From Candidatus Thorarchaeota archaeon (GTDB lineage Archaea > Asgardarchaeota > Thorarchaeia > Thorarchaeales > Thorarchaeaceae), in assembly GCA_030593165.1 (NCBI GenBank), contig JAUVHR010000002.1:1-43134 (forward strand): 43,134 bases of DNA. Direction: 5' to 3'. The notes beneath the pieces are model-generated. The model was not told the origin of the DNA. It saw only the letters and a list, made by a program, of their open reading frames with translations, and did no database searches. Positions 17,843 through 27,757 of the stretch are shown here, in pieces. The number at the start of each line of letters is the position of its first letter. Within the stretch, counting starts at the first letter, position 1. The position numbers and the translations under genes are program-made.

Positions 17843-18478
17843 TTATCCAAGATGATACTGAAAGACGGAGTGAATTGCATCAACGAGACCGTCAAGTGCA
17901 TCCCCCGGCTCCAGTATGTAGCCGTCTAGGAGGTTCTGGTTTATGGGTCCGGTTCCGCTCATAAGAATAAGATGACCTTCTGAATCCAGTAGAGTTAGAA
18001 GTGATATCCAAGAACCATCTGTGTACATGATATCTAGACTGAATCCCATGGGAGTGTACATGATATCGTCATGTGTAGCATTTGAGGCGTATGTCATACT
18101 TAGACCATCATACAAAGCTGTGTTGATACTCACAACTTCCGTGAGATTTGCAGTGAAAGACCGTTCATAGATTTCGATTTCGTAATATCCACCTGAATCA
18201 TCAACAAAGGATGCTGTTAATTGCCATTCACCACTTGGAAGAGGGACAAAACTGGCCTCCATCAACTCAGGAAATATGATATCAGTACTGTTTCCGCAGA
18301 TGCTCATTGATGCTATCTGCGGTTCCCTGTCTTCAAGGTATCCGGACAATGCCAACCCAGCAAGCTGGATACGACTACCACCGAAAGGAGTTCCTCCACG
18401 CTGGAGAATAACTAATGCCAGTAATCCTCCTGTGACGATGATTATCATTACGAAGGCAATCGAAGTCCGTTTCTCCAT
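17843..18478 (-). CDS. Hypothetical N-terminally membrane-anchored (probably extracytoplasmic) protein
   Basis: 211 aa. It has a single N-terminal TM helix ('IAFVMIIIVTGGLLALVIL'). No motif was recognised. Confidence 0.5.
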   Translation of the reverse strand: MEKRTSIAFVMIIIVTGGLLALVILQRGGTPFGGSRIQLAGLALSGYLEDREPQIASMSICGNSTDIIFPELMEASFVPLPSGEWQLTASFVDDSGGYYEIEIYERSFTANLTEVVSINTALYDGLSMTYASNATHDDIMYTPMGFSLDIMYTDGSWISLLTLLDSEGHLILMSGTGPINQNLLDGYILEPGDALDGLVDAIHSVFQYHLG

Positions 18479-18614
18479 TCTTTGCCAATCTCCCGAGGAA
18501 TAGTATGTATTCGGTCCGTATGCTTAAGCATGTTCTCATTTCCGCTTGCTTGTGATGTTAATGCTGTCCAGAATAGTTAAATCGAAACGTTAACGTTAGC
18601 AGTATGGTGGTAGT

Positions 18615-18842
18615 ATGGCGGAGATTCCTCTAGGTCCTGGCGGACATGATCCAGGGCGATTATATCGTTCACGGACCAACAGGGTCATTGTAGGTGTCTG
18701 TGGTGGTCTTGCGGAGCATTTCAATATCGATCCGATAATTATACGGATACTATGGGTGCTGTAGTCACTGGGCTATGGGACCGGCCTCATTTTGTACTTG
18801 GTGCTGGCAATTATCATTCCTGAGGAGCCGGGTGGGCAGTAG
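18615..18842 (+). pseudogene. PspC-domain membrane protein interrupted by an in-frame TAG (18762-18764)
   Basis: My own translation reads 'MAEIPLGPGGHDPGRLYRSRTNRVIVGVCGGLAEHFNIDPIIIRILWVL*SLGYGTGLILYLVLAIIIPEEPGGQ*'. Both halves together form one canonical PspC domain. It is absent from the ORF track because each piece is under 60 aa. Confidence 0.6.
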
Positions 18843-18888
18843 TATCTGATTAGCGGCTTTCGACCCTCAATCTTCTTGATTTTAGTGA

Positions 18889-19260
18889 TTATTCTACAAG
18901 CTCTTCTGCATCCGGCTGCCATGATGGATAGACTATACAGAGAAACTCGAGAGTTTCAGCGCCACTATTCTCAATATATTGTGTTCCCATAGGGGGAATG
19001 TAGATTGTATCACCAACGCCCACTTCGGCAGAATCATCGTCTATGTACATGATACCCTGACCCTTTGTGATGCAGTATACCTCAGAGGCCTCCTTGAATC
19101 TATGAGGTAATGAGGATTGCCCAGGCTTGAGAACTGCATGTGCCAGACTGTACCCAAGATGGAGGTGGTTATCATCATGGAGCGGGTTTAGAATCTCCCG
19201 GACTTTGGTGTCGTCAAGTGCCGTGATTTCTTTGCGTTCATTCAGTCTTCTGATTAGCAT
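18889..19260 (-). CDS. Cupin-domain protein
   Basis: Cupin motifs are present ('LPHRFKEASEVYCITKGQG', 'GDTIYIPPMGTQYIEN'). The start is taken at the internal ATG 19260; the longest ORF runs to 19293. Confidence 0.7.
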   Translation of the reverse strand: MLIRRLNERKEITALDDTKVREILNPLHDDNHLHLGYSLAHAVLKPGQSSLPHRFKEASEVYCITKGQGIMYIDDDSAEVGVGDTIYIPPMGTQYIENSGAETLEFLCIVYPSWQPDAEELVE

Positions 19261-19316
19261 CGTGATACGCCTCTTGATTAGGGCTATGACCATACTTTGT
19301 CATAAGTGTGTTCGAT

Positions 19317-20528
19317 TCAGAAGTCGGGCTTGCCCTTTGCTCTCCAGCTCGGGCTTTTTTCCATAGCAGGCGTGTATCCATCTAGAGCATACCTTCCGAG
19401 AATGAGGCGTTGGATTTCGCTGGTGCCCTCGTATATCTGGTAGAGTTTAGCATCCCGGAAAAACTTCTCGAGAGGATACTGGTCAATGTACCCATATCCC
19501 CCATGTATTTGTAGAGCCTCACTGGTAACTTCCATAGCTGCATCTGTTGCATATGCCTTTGCTACACTAGCAGGAATAGTTGCATCTTCACCTTTGTCAG
19601 CTGTCCAAGCGGCTTTCAGGTATAGGACTCTAGCAGTCTCTATTTTCATATACATCTCAGCCAGTTTGAACTGAATTACTTGAAAGTCACGAAGTTTTTG
19701 CGCAAAAGCCTCTCTCTTGTTGACATATTCACGAGCGTATTCCATCGCAACTCGTGCTAATCCAGTTGAAAATGCAGAGATTGCTGGACGAGTAAGGGAA
19801 AATGTCTTCATGGCAATACGGAATCCATGTCCCTCCTCACCTAGCATATTCTCCATCGGAACCTTCGCATCCTTGAATATCACGGATGTTGTTGCTGATG
19901 CCCTGTGGCCCATCTTCTTCACAGGTGGTCCCGTCTTAACTCCGGGAGTATCTGCGTCAACTATGAATGCACATAGTGCCTTGTGGCGCTTGCTAGGACC
20001 AAGACTTGCAAACACCGTAAAGTAGTCCGCATATGGGGCATTGGTAATCCAAAACTTCGAGCCATTCAGGATATAGTAGTCACCCTCCTTATTGACACAC
20101 GTTCTGATACCTGCGACATCACTCCCCATGTACGGTTCACTGCATGCAAAAGAAGCGAATTTTAAGTCATTAGTGAGTGGTCGCAGATACTTCTCCTTCT
20201 GTTCATCTGTGCCTGCAACCAGAATTGGTTCGACACCAAGACTATTCACATAGATGCTAGTGGTCATTCCAGCACATCCAGCAGCCATCTCTTCAACCAC
20301 CAAACACTGTTCAACCACACCTAGACCAGGACCACCGTACTCTTTCGGAATGGCCAAGTTCATCAATCCTGCCTCCCAGCACTTCCTTATGATTGGGAGT
20401 GGGAAGTCACCCGTTTCATCATAGTAGTGAGCATAAGGGAGCATGTACTGTTGAGCGAATTCCCTAGCCTTTCTTTGGAGTTCTAGTTGTGCATCTGTAA
20501 ACGAGAAATCAATCATGTGATAGTTCAA
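19317..20528 (-). CDS. Acyl-CoA dehydrogenase
   Basis: 403 aa. ACAD blocks are present ('CSEPYMGSDVAGIRT', 'GSKFWITNA', 'YEGTSEIQRLILGR'). Confidence 0.85.
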   Translation of the reverse strand: MNYHMIDFSFTDAQLELQRKAREFAQQYMLPYAHYYDETGDFPLPIIRKCWEAGLMNLAIPKEYGGPGLGVVEQCLVVEEMAAGCAGMTTSIYVNSLGVEPILVAGTDEQKEKYLRPLTNDLKFASFACSEPYMGSDVAGIRTCVNKEGDYYILNGSKFWITNAPYADYFTVFASLGPSKRHKALCAFIVDADTPGVKTGPPVKKMGHRASATTSVIFKDAKVPMENMLGEEGHGFRIAMKTFSLTRPAISAFSTGLARVAMEYAREYVNKREAFAQKLRDFQVIQFKLAEMYMKIETARVLYLKAAWTADKGEDATIPASVAKAYATDAAMEVTSEALQIHGGYGYIDQYPLEKFFRDAKLYQIYEGTSEIQRLILGRYALDGYTPAMEKSPSWRAKGKPDF

Positions 20529-20618
20529 CCCCGTTTTGAATCTCGGAAACTGAAATGGTGCGCCAGTTTAAGATAGTTGCTAACTGTACGGATTCTTTTG
20601 TGGTTTGTAGTGATAATG

Positions 20619-22883
20619 TCAGTGTTCTGTGGTCATCTGACGTACAACCTCGGGCAAACTCCACTTCAATTCGAGATCTAGAGCACCGCCATCAGGTCCA
20701 GGACAGGTTCTAACACAGGTTCTGCAAGCCACACATAACCAAAGGTCCACTTCTACAGTGCCGAACCCAGGTGATTCCTTCTCCAAGATGATATCTTGAG
20801 TCGGTTTCTCTGTAGCAAGTTCCCTTACAGTTTGGTAGAACAGTGCCCTATTCGAAGGTAGCTCCTCAATCGATTCAGGGGAGAACTCGAAGAACATCGG
20901 TATCTCAATCTTGGGTTTCAACAGGATTGCATCCTCTGGACAGGATATCTCACAAGATTTGCACCCTAGGCACTTGGCCTGCTCCCAGTTGATTGTTCCG
21001 AAGCCGAGAATCGGAGCGTATCCCATCTGATCACGATATTCATCGAGTACAGATGGAACATCTATGTCCATCAGGTCATCAAGAGTGACTTTGGATCGCG
21101 TACTGGGAATCTTTGCACGGGTTCGGTAGGTCAGTAGTACAGCAGACTTGAGTTTCTCTTCAACACTACTAAGAACCGTAGCACCTACTACAGTCCCACT
21201 TACCTCAATCTTCGTTAGCTTTTCAAGTGCCTTGGAAAAGACTTCCAGAGCCGTAGCAAGTCTACCAATATCTTGTGGTTTCAAATCACCTAGAATCTGT
21301 TTAAGGTCAGAACTCGCTTGCGATAGCTGAAGTGCAAGACCTGTCACCGTTTTGATTGTCACCTCGGCCTCACTAAGAGTTCGTGGGACATCGTACAAAA
21401 CATAACCATGGGCTTCGCCCGCAATCAAGAGTAGCTCGTCCCGTTTCAATCTTAGAAGGTGTTGGAATACTCTGTCTTGAGGAATATTCGTTTTCTCCGC
21501 GAGATCGTGAGCGGTCATCGCACCCAGTTCGCGGATTAATATCAGAAGTGTCCCTCGTTCCATCTCATTCTCCAAGTAAGTGTCCATTAATTGCCTGTAG
21601 ACTTCGGGGTCAAGCTTTTCCCCATAGACATTGAATCCTGATACAAGATTGGGTCCCTTTTCTAGAGTGATTTTCAATCTGAATCGTGTGAATGCCTCCA
21701 GTCCAGCAGAAACAAGTAGATGTAGGTCGTCTGATCTCTCAGATAGCTGACCACCTAGAACAGCCTCAGTCGCTGAATCGACGGTTTCTCTGAGTGTGGT
21801 TATAGTTTCTGCGAGAGGCGACTCATCATATTCGCCAAGAATCTGTAGTCGCTCAAAAACTGTGTCAAGTCGACTAAGTGAATCATCTACAATCTGAAGG
21901 TTTTTGCCCTCAATTGAGCCGCGTATTCCGCGAAGTTGTTGAGCGATTTTTTTGATGATCAATGTGGTGTCTGGCTGTTTCCCGAGAACTCTGGTGAAAA
22001 CAGGAGCGTTCTCATCAAGACCCACCATCTCTACCTCGCTGCGTTGAAGCATTGATACTACCGCCTTCTGAACTACAAGGGGTGAGGCTCTCATGAGTGT
22101 AGCAAGTTGAATAGCTGTCTTGGAACCCATGTTATTGAGGATGAACATCATGACCCCACGCTGAAACTCGATCACAAGGTTATCCGAGAGCAGCTCCTTC
22201 ATTCGTTCGGGAGTGATTCGCTCTTCTCGGACCCCACGTTTCACTTGTGCTGCAGCTCGAAGAAATGGTCCATACCGGGTCTTGGTGCCAAGCTTCTGTA
22301 GGGAATCGAGTTCTACACCATAATCGGATTCCATCTCCGTAAGGATGTCTTGGAATGAATCAATCAGTTTGTTCAGTTCCTCTATTGCAGCTTGTGCTTC
22401 TGTTTCGGCTGTCTTCACATGTAATTCCACAACTTCCTCGATGCTAGAAACTAGGTCCGAAATTGAGCCCAGTTCATTTTCGAGATTGATTGAGGAACCC
22501 GACGTTTCTGTTTCATGGGTCACAGTCTTCGCATTGAGTGTGTTCCTCAGGATTTCAAGTAGTCCTCGGAGACCTTCGGAATCTATTCCTGTGACTGCAC
22601 TCTCTAGACTGACGATTGCCTCGTTGAGGATTCCTTTGTCGCCAATCTGTGCAATGAGATCCGATTTCGAGATGGTTTCATAGAACTGATCAAAGTAAGA
22701 TGATGGAAATGCGAGGATATTTTCAGTAAGTGGTCCAATTTCCGACTTGAGGTTGGCGATTTCCTCATTTACCTTACTGAGTGGAACTACAGATTCTTCT
22801 TTCAAACCTCCAAGTGTCATAATCATTTCCATCATACGGCGGCGTTTGGGAGCCATCTCTCTCTCAAGAGCAGTTTCACTCAC
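20619..22883 (-). CDS. Coiled-coil / double-wHTH protein with a C-terminal 2x[4Fe-4S] ferredoxin domain, last gene of the hdr operon
   Basis: The GTG start overlaps the hdrA stop (GTGA), with AAGGAGGT 6 nt upstream. MarR-like segments are present ('ILIRELGAMTAHDLAEKTNIPQDRVFQHLLRLKRDELL'). The C-terminus carries 'CLGCKSCEISCP' and 'CVACRTCVRTCP'. Confidence 0.75.
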   Translation of the reverse strand: MSETALEREMAPKRRRMMEMIMTLGGLKEESVVPLSKVNEEIANLKSEIGPLTENILAFPSSYFDQFYETISKSDLIAQIGDKGILNEAIVSLESAVTGIDSEGLRGLLEILRNTLNAKTVTHETETSGSSINLENELGSISDLVSSIEEVVELHVKTAETEAQAAIEELNKLIDSFQDILTEMESDYGVELDSLQKLGTKTRYGPFLRAAAQVKRGVREERITPERMKELLSDNLVIEFQRGVMMFILNNMGSKTAIQLATLMRASPLVVQKAVVSMLQRSEVEMVGLDENAPVFTRVLGKQPDTTLIIKKIAQQLRGIRGSIEGKNLQIVDDSLSRLDTVFERLQILGEYDESPLAETITTLRETVDSATEAVLGGQLSERSDDLHLLVSAGLEAFTRFRLKITLEKGPNLVSGFNVYGEKLDPEVYRQLMDTYLENEMERGTLLILIRELGAMTAHDLAEKTNIPQDRVFQHLLRLKRDELLLIAGEAHGYVLYDVPRTLSEAEVTIKTVTGLALQLSQASSDLKQILGDLKPQDIGRLATALEVFSKALEKLTKIEVSGTVVGATVLSSVEEKLKSAVLLTYRTRAKIPSTRSKVTLDDLMDIDVPSVLDEYRDQMGYAPILGFGTINWEQAKCLGCKSCEISCPEDAILLKPKIEIPMFFEFSPESIEELPSNRALFYQTVRELATEKPTQDIILEKESPGFGTVEVDLWLCVACRTCVRTCPGPDGGALDLELKWSLPEVVRQMTTEH

Positions 22884-25078
22884 TCGCTAACCTCCTTAGA
22901 TTGCAGTGTAAGGTCTTGGGTTTCGGATTTCCACTTACCAGCGGTCCCTTGGTGAACAGGAGTAGGACCGAATTCCGTAGCTCGACGCGCCATTTCTTTG
23001 ATGGCATCTGTAAATCGTTCTGGTTCAGCACTGAACATTCTGAACATGTCCACCCGTTCGCCCTTCCAACCTATTGCATTCAGGATGTCGCGGGCTACAT
23101 CAACCTGAACCTGTGCTATCTCATTGCCAGTACCGCCAATATGGCATCGATCTTTCTCACAGGCTGCAATCATCACAGTACTTGCACCGTGCTCAAGAGC
23201 CTTCAGAATATCAATAATCGAAACCCTACCCGCGCAGGGAACAGGAATCAGACGGGTGCTTGCAGGATACTTCATCTTCCTCGTGCCGACAATGTCTATG
23301 GTCGATACGGCACACTCTTCACAGTAGAAACAGAGAGTAATTGGTTCGTCAGGTCCTGCATCAGTTAGTGTGACCTCAATCTGGGTCCAGAGCTGTTCAT
23401 TTGTTAGGAAGTTCAACTGTGTTGCTCCTGAGGGGCACAGACTCTGACAAACACCACATGAGTGACAATTCAGGATTTCAATTGCAGCCTTGAATATGAA
23501 CTTCTGCTCTTCGTCTTCCGCCTCTTCCTCGGTTTGTTGGATCATTAGAGGTACTCCACGGGGGCATTGTTGTGCACACAGGCTGCATCCCACACAATCA
23601 TCAACATTCAGTACCGCGCCGCGGGTGATTCTTTCAATTTTTCCATGTTGTAGCTCATTGTGAATGATGAGAGCACCGGCCTGTGCATCTGTTACAGCCT
23701 CAAACACAAACTGAGGGCGTGTAACTGCACCGACTGCAACTACTCCTCTCCGACGTGTTTCATTTCTCCTTAGCTTTCCATATAGATCCTTGATGTGGCC
23801 ATCCTCTTCCACTGCATAACCGAGGGTTTCAGAGAGCTCGAGGACCCCGTCAGGTGGAAGGATAGCTGTTGAGAGGACCACTAAATCGGTTGTTGTTTCG
23901 AAATACTGATTCATTAACGAATCGTAGAGCCGGACATGCGTCTTGCCATCTTGCTCCCAGATCATGCTGATTCGGCCTCGGATATAGTCCACTCCCTTGT
24001 CACGTGACTCCTTGTAGATCATCTCGTTCTCGAAAGGAACGCGGATGTCCATGTATACAACACGAATCCTAGCATCAGGAGCCTTCTTCAAGATCTCGAG
24101 AGAGTTGTCTATGGCAAATGTGCAGCAGAGCTTACTACAGTCCCGCTTGAAGTCATCAGACCTACTGCCCACACACTGGACCATGACTACTTCCTTGACT
24201 TCGTTCCCATCAGAAGGTCGTTCCAGTCGTCCTTCAGTAAGCATTTGAGATAGTTCAAACTGAGTGATGACGTCAGGGTTCTTGCCATAACGATATTCAT
24301 CCATCATCACTGGTTTGAACTCCTTGAAACCTGTTGCCATGACAATGGCTGATGTTTCTAGACTGCTCTCCTCATCCTCGTTTGTGACATAATGGACTGT
24401 GAAATTACCCATCTCGCCCTCTACAAATTTGACTTTTGTATTAATCAGGACCTTTATCCTATCGCTCTGTTCAACTGCGGTGAGTCTACCACTGAGTACA
24501 TCAATGCCAGATTTACCAGTTGGGGCTACGATCGGGAGTTTTGTGACATGACCACCAAGCTCTCCAGAGATTTCTATAAGTGTAATATCATAGCTAAGGT
24601 TTGAAAGACTTAGAGCGGATTCCAAGCCAGCAATACCACCGCCTACTACAGTGACATGATTTGGAATCTCTCTTCCTTGGCTCTCAACAGGAGTAGACTT
24701 GGACGACAGAGCTAGTGTACCACGTACCATATCAAGTGACTTTCTGCTAGCTTCGTCCCTATCCTCATGGACCCAAGCAGAATGCTCGCGGATGTTGATA
24801 TATTGAACCTGTGAGGAGTCTATACCCTTGGCTTGGAGATACTGGTCTATCCTGAGTTGAATCTTCTGACTGGTACAAGCAGCAATCACTACTCGTCCCT
24901 TATTCGATTTGAGTGTATCTGCAATAGTTGCAAGTCCATCCTCTTGGCAGACTGTATCGTGAACTATCACAGTATTTGTGAGAGCATGTTTCATGATCTC
25001 GGTTTCCAAGAATGCGAAATCCAAATCAAGCTGCTTTCCACATGTGCAGATAATGACTCCCGACTTATCTTCCGGCAT
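22880..25078 (-). CDS. hdrA: Heterodisulfide reductase subunit A fused to a C-terminal MvhD domain
   Basis: FAD motif 'VTVVGGGIAGLESA', Fe-S motifs 'CVGCSLCAQQCP' and 'CHSCGVCQSLCP', and a C-terminal MvhD-like block 'LIPVPCAGRVS...TVMIAACEKDRCH'. Confidence 0.85.
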   Translation of the reverse strand: MPEDKSGVIICTCGKQLDLDFAFLETEIMKHALTNTVIVHDTVCQEDGLATIADTLKSNKGRVVIAACTSQKIQLRIDQYLQAKGIDSSQVQYINIREHSAWVHEDRDEASRKSLDMVRGTLALSSKSTPVESQGREIPNHVTVVGGGIAGLESALSLSNLSYDITLIEISGELGGHVTKLPIVAPTGKSGIDVLSGRLTAVEQSDRIKVLINTKVKFVEGEMGNFTVHYVTNEDEESSLETSAIVMATGFKEFKPVMMDEYRYGKNPDVITQFELSQMLTEGRLERPSDGNEVKEVVMVQCVGSRSDDFKRDCSKLCCTFAIDNSLEILKKAPDARIRVVYMDIRVPFENEMIYKESRDKGVDYIRGRISMIWEQDGKTHVRLYDSLMNQYFETTTDLVVLSTAILPPDGVLELSETLGYAVEEDGHIKDLYGKLRRNETRRRGVVAVGAVTRPQFVFEAVTDAQAGALIIHNELQHGKIERITRGAVLNVDDCVGCSLCAQQCPRGVPLMIQQTEEEAEDEEQKFIFKAAIEILNCHSCGVCQSLCPSGATQLNFLTNEQLWTQIEVTLTDAGPDEPITLCFYCEECAVSTIDIVGTRKMKYPASTRLIPVPCAGRVSIIDILKALEHGASTVMIAACEKDRCHIGGTGNEIAQVQVDVARDILNAIGWKGERVDMFRMFSAEPERFTDAIKEMARRATEFGPTPVHQGTAGKWKSETQDLTLQSKEVSE

Positions 25079-25082
25079 TAGT

Positions 25083-26387
25083 TCACTTCCTCTCCTGAAG
25101 TATCTTGGAAACCACCGCTCGGGCTTGGGTCACACTCTCAGGAACTTCTACTGGGCCAGATGCAGTCCCACAGACATACACATGGTCACCTGCTATTACC
25201 TCGTTTTCTGAAACAACGTCAGCAGGACCGATATAGCCGCTGGCAGATTTGAGGCCCAGTGATTTGATTATCTCAGAACTGCCGACAGGTGGTTCCAGTG
25301 CGGATGATAGAACAAGGAGATCCATAGAATACTTCAGGTACTTGTCCAGTAGCGAGTCGTAGACTGTGATATCGATTGTGCCATCTTCCTGTGGTTCAAC
25401 TAACCTTATGCGTCCTCTTACGAAACGGATACCACTTTCCCTTGCCTCTCGGTAGTAACGTTCATGTCTATCGTAAGTTCGCATGTCCATGTATACTACA
25501 GTCGTCTGGATGCCATTACGTTCTGCAGTCATTATGTTAGCATGTTTGAGTGCAAACACACAGCAAATCTTCGAGCAATAGGCATAGTAGTTCTCATCAC
25601 GACTACCTACACATTGTACCATCATGACATTCTTAACTTGAATGCCATCTGATGGCCGCAATAAAGCACCACCTGACGAGCCGTTTGGATCCAATATTCG
25701 TGCTAGCTCAAGCTGTGTTATCACGTTCGGGTACTGTCCGTAACCATACTCGTCCACATCCACGGGTTGCATCTCGTGGAAACCAGTTGCTACAACAATA
25801 TCCGAAACCTCAACTATTTCTTCAGTTTGTTGAGCACTCAAATCAATAGCCTTGGTGGGACACTCCTCCTCAGCTTTTTTGTCCCCTTCTTCTGCCTTGG
25901 CTGGTTCGTATGTAACAGATTGCGGCTGACATTGTGGTGAAATGAGTTTGAAAGCACCTGAGTATTCCAGACAAAGACCACACATGATACACTTCTTGGG
26001 GTCCACGTACATTGGACCAATACTCAACTTAGCCTTGAACTTCCCGGGCAGGCCAGATATCTCACTGACCTCGGTATTAATCATAAGATCAATGTTAGGT
26101 TGATCTATCATAGCACTTCTATAGAAGCACTTCCGAATTCCTGGACGCCACGAGTTTCCTTCAAAACAGTAGAAACAGTCGTCAGTAGGAAACGCCTTGT
26201 ATAGCTCCAGAGCGTTCCCGCCTATAGTCGGCTGTCGGTCAACAAGAATGACTTTGATACCTGAATCGGCCAGCTCCACAGCTGCTGTCATGCCAGCAAC
26301 GCCTGCGCCAATGATTAGGACAGAATCAGACAATGTAATGGTCACCTCATTCAGAAAGATGCTCATGAATCGGGTCAGCTGGAACAC
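25083..26387 (-). CDS. HdrA-like FAD-dependent oxidoreductase (shorter paralog)
   Basis: 'VLIIGAGVAGMTAAVELA...VDRQPTIGGN' plus the HdrA-like 'MVQCVGSRD' block. The start is uncertain: an in-frame TTG at 26333 is preceded by GAGGTGA. Confidence 0.75.
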   Translation of the reverse strand: MFQLTRFMSIFLNEVTITLSDSVLIIGAGVAGMTAAVELADSGIKVILVDRQPTIGGNALELYKAFPTDDCFYCFEGNSWRPGIRKCFYRSAMIDQPNIDLMINTEVSEISGLPGKFKAKLSIGPMYVDPKKCIMCGLCLEYSGAFKLISPQCQPQSVTYEPAKAEEGDKKAEEECPTKAIDLSAQQTEEIVEVSDIVVATGFHEMQPVDVDEYGYGQYPNVITQLELARILDPNGSSGGALLRPSDGIQVKNVMMVQCVGSRDENYYAYCSKICCVFALKHANIMTAERNGIQTTVVYMDMRTYDRHERYYREARESGIRFVRGRIRLVEPQEDGTIDITVYDSLLDKYLKYSMDLLVLSSALEPPVGSSEIIKSLGLKSASGYIGPADVVSENEVIAGDHVYVCGTASGPVEVPESVTQARAVVSKILQERK

Positions 26388-27213
26388 GATTCATCCCTAA
26401 ACCAATCGCTTCCTCATTCATACCCATTGCGAGGGCTAGTATTTGGGGATAGAGAAGAATAGGGAGGTCATAAACTTCGTTATAGGAATCCTTCAGACCA
26501 AGCTGCTGTAGATCCAGTTGATTCCCACAGGCTGGACATGCAACAGTAGCGAACTTGGCACCGGCTTCTTTCATCGATTTTATTTTGTCCCGAGCAAGAC
26601 GGATTGCTAGTTGCTCGTTCACGGGAAGAACTGTGGCACCACAGCATTGTTTCCAGAGTGGATATTCCACCACGCTTGCACCAGTAACGCGAACAAGATC
26701 GGCAAAAATCTCAGGACTAAATTCAGTCACATCTGCTGGACGAAGTACATGACAGCCACAGTGAATGGCAATGCCAACTCCATCAAGTGGCTTTGTAATC
26801 TTCTTCTTAATCTCCTCAATTCCAATATCGGAATATAGTGCCTCAATAAAGTGACGTACGTTTATTGAACCCTTTAGTGACAGACCCTGCCCGTTCAGCT
26901 TCTCGTTGACCTTCTTCATATCTGCATCATTATGTTTCAGATGGTGCAGAACATCCTTCAGGGAACCGAAACAGCCGTTGCACGGTGTTACAATATCGAA
27001 ACCATTCTTCTCAGCAATTGCGAGTGTGCGTGCATTGACTACGAGCCAACCGAAGTAGTCAATGGCTCTTAGATTGGGACTGCCACAGCATGCAACTCCC
27101 TCCATATACTCTAGCTCCATGTCGAATGCTTGGGCGACTTTCAACATTGCAGCTTCATAATTCGGATAGTTTGCAGGAACACTGCATCCCATGTAGAGAT
27201 TGTATGACGGCAT
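26347..27213 (-). CDS. hdrB: Heterodisulfide reductase subunit B (two CCG domains)
   Basis: 'VACCGSP' and 'KQCCGA' CCG motifs are present. ATG 27213 follows GGTGGTGAG and lies 1 nt after the hdrC stop. Confidence 0.85.
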   Translation of the reverse strand: MPSYNLYMGCSVPANYPNYEAAMLKVAQAFDMELEYMEGVACCGSPNLRAIDYFGWLVVNARTLAIAEKNGFDIVTPCNGCFGSLKDVLHHLKHNDADMKKVNEKLNGQGLSLKGSINVRHFIEALYSDIGIEEIKKKITKPLDGVGIAIHCGCHVLRPADVTEFSPEIFADLVRVTGASVVEYPLWKQCCGATVLPVNEQLAIRLARDKIKSMKEAGAKFATVACPACGNQLDLQQLGLKDSYNEVYDLPILLYPQILALAMGMNEEAIGLGMNRVPADPIHEHLSE

Positions 27214-27214
27214 C

Positions 27215-27757
27215 TTACTCACCACCGCTTACCAGCTTGCCTGTACGTGTTCCCTTCAGAATCGTCTTTGTTTCCTCTATGGAGAGACCCGGTACTTCTG
27301 CTTCTAGGTCAAGGTCCTCACGCTCCCAGTCGGCAGTAACTACGTACAACTGCCCCTTGTCTATGAGCTCCTTTGCAAGTGCTAGTATATTCTCAGGAAC
27401 CTTTCCTTCTTCAGCTGCCAGATTCTTGCAATCAAAGAAGATGTCTGTAACTCGCACCTTCTGGGGACACCTCTCCTGACACTGGAAGCAAGTCAGGCAT
27501 TCCCAGATTTCCTTGCTAGAAAGGACCTCTTCTCGCATTCCAAGTAGTATCATACGGATGAGCTGATGAGGTTTGTAATCCCACTGATTAGCAATTGGAC
27601 ATGCTGCTGTGCATGTTGAACACGCAAAACAAGCAGCCAGTTCTTCACCATTGGGCATACTCTTAATCACATTACGAAAATCAGGGTCCAGTTTGGACAT
27701 GTCAATCGGATCAATTAGCGTCACTGGGAGATCAGCGGATTCTTCTGTTTCTGTCAT
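27215..27757 (-). CDS. hdrC: Heterodisulfide reductase subunit C
   Basis: 'CFACSTCTAACP' and 'CLTCFQCQERCP' motifs are present. The start is taken at ATG 27757 ('MTETEES'). The 65-aa upstream extension of the longest ORF looks non-coding. Confidence 0.8.
   Translation of the reverse strand: MTETEESADLPVTLIDPIDMSKLDPDFRNVIKSMPNGEELAACFACSTCTAACPIANQWDYKPHQLIRMILLGMREEVLSSKEIWECLTCFQCQERCPQKVRVTDIFFDCKNLAAEEGKVPENILALAKELIDKGQLYVVTADWEREDLDLEAEVPGLSIEETKTILKGTRTGKLVSGGE

Noticed and set aside
18762-18764. The in-frame TAG in the PspC gene as a pyrrolysine or genetic-code signal.
   Set aside because: TAG clearly terminates other genes in this window (Pop5 at 945-947, the giant gene at 12626-12628), and the PspC frame itself ends in TAG. 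No pyl genes are visible here. A pseudogene or a sequencing error is more likely.
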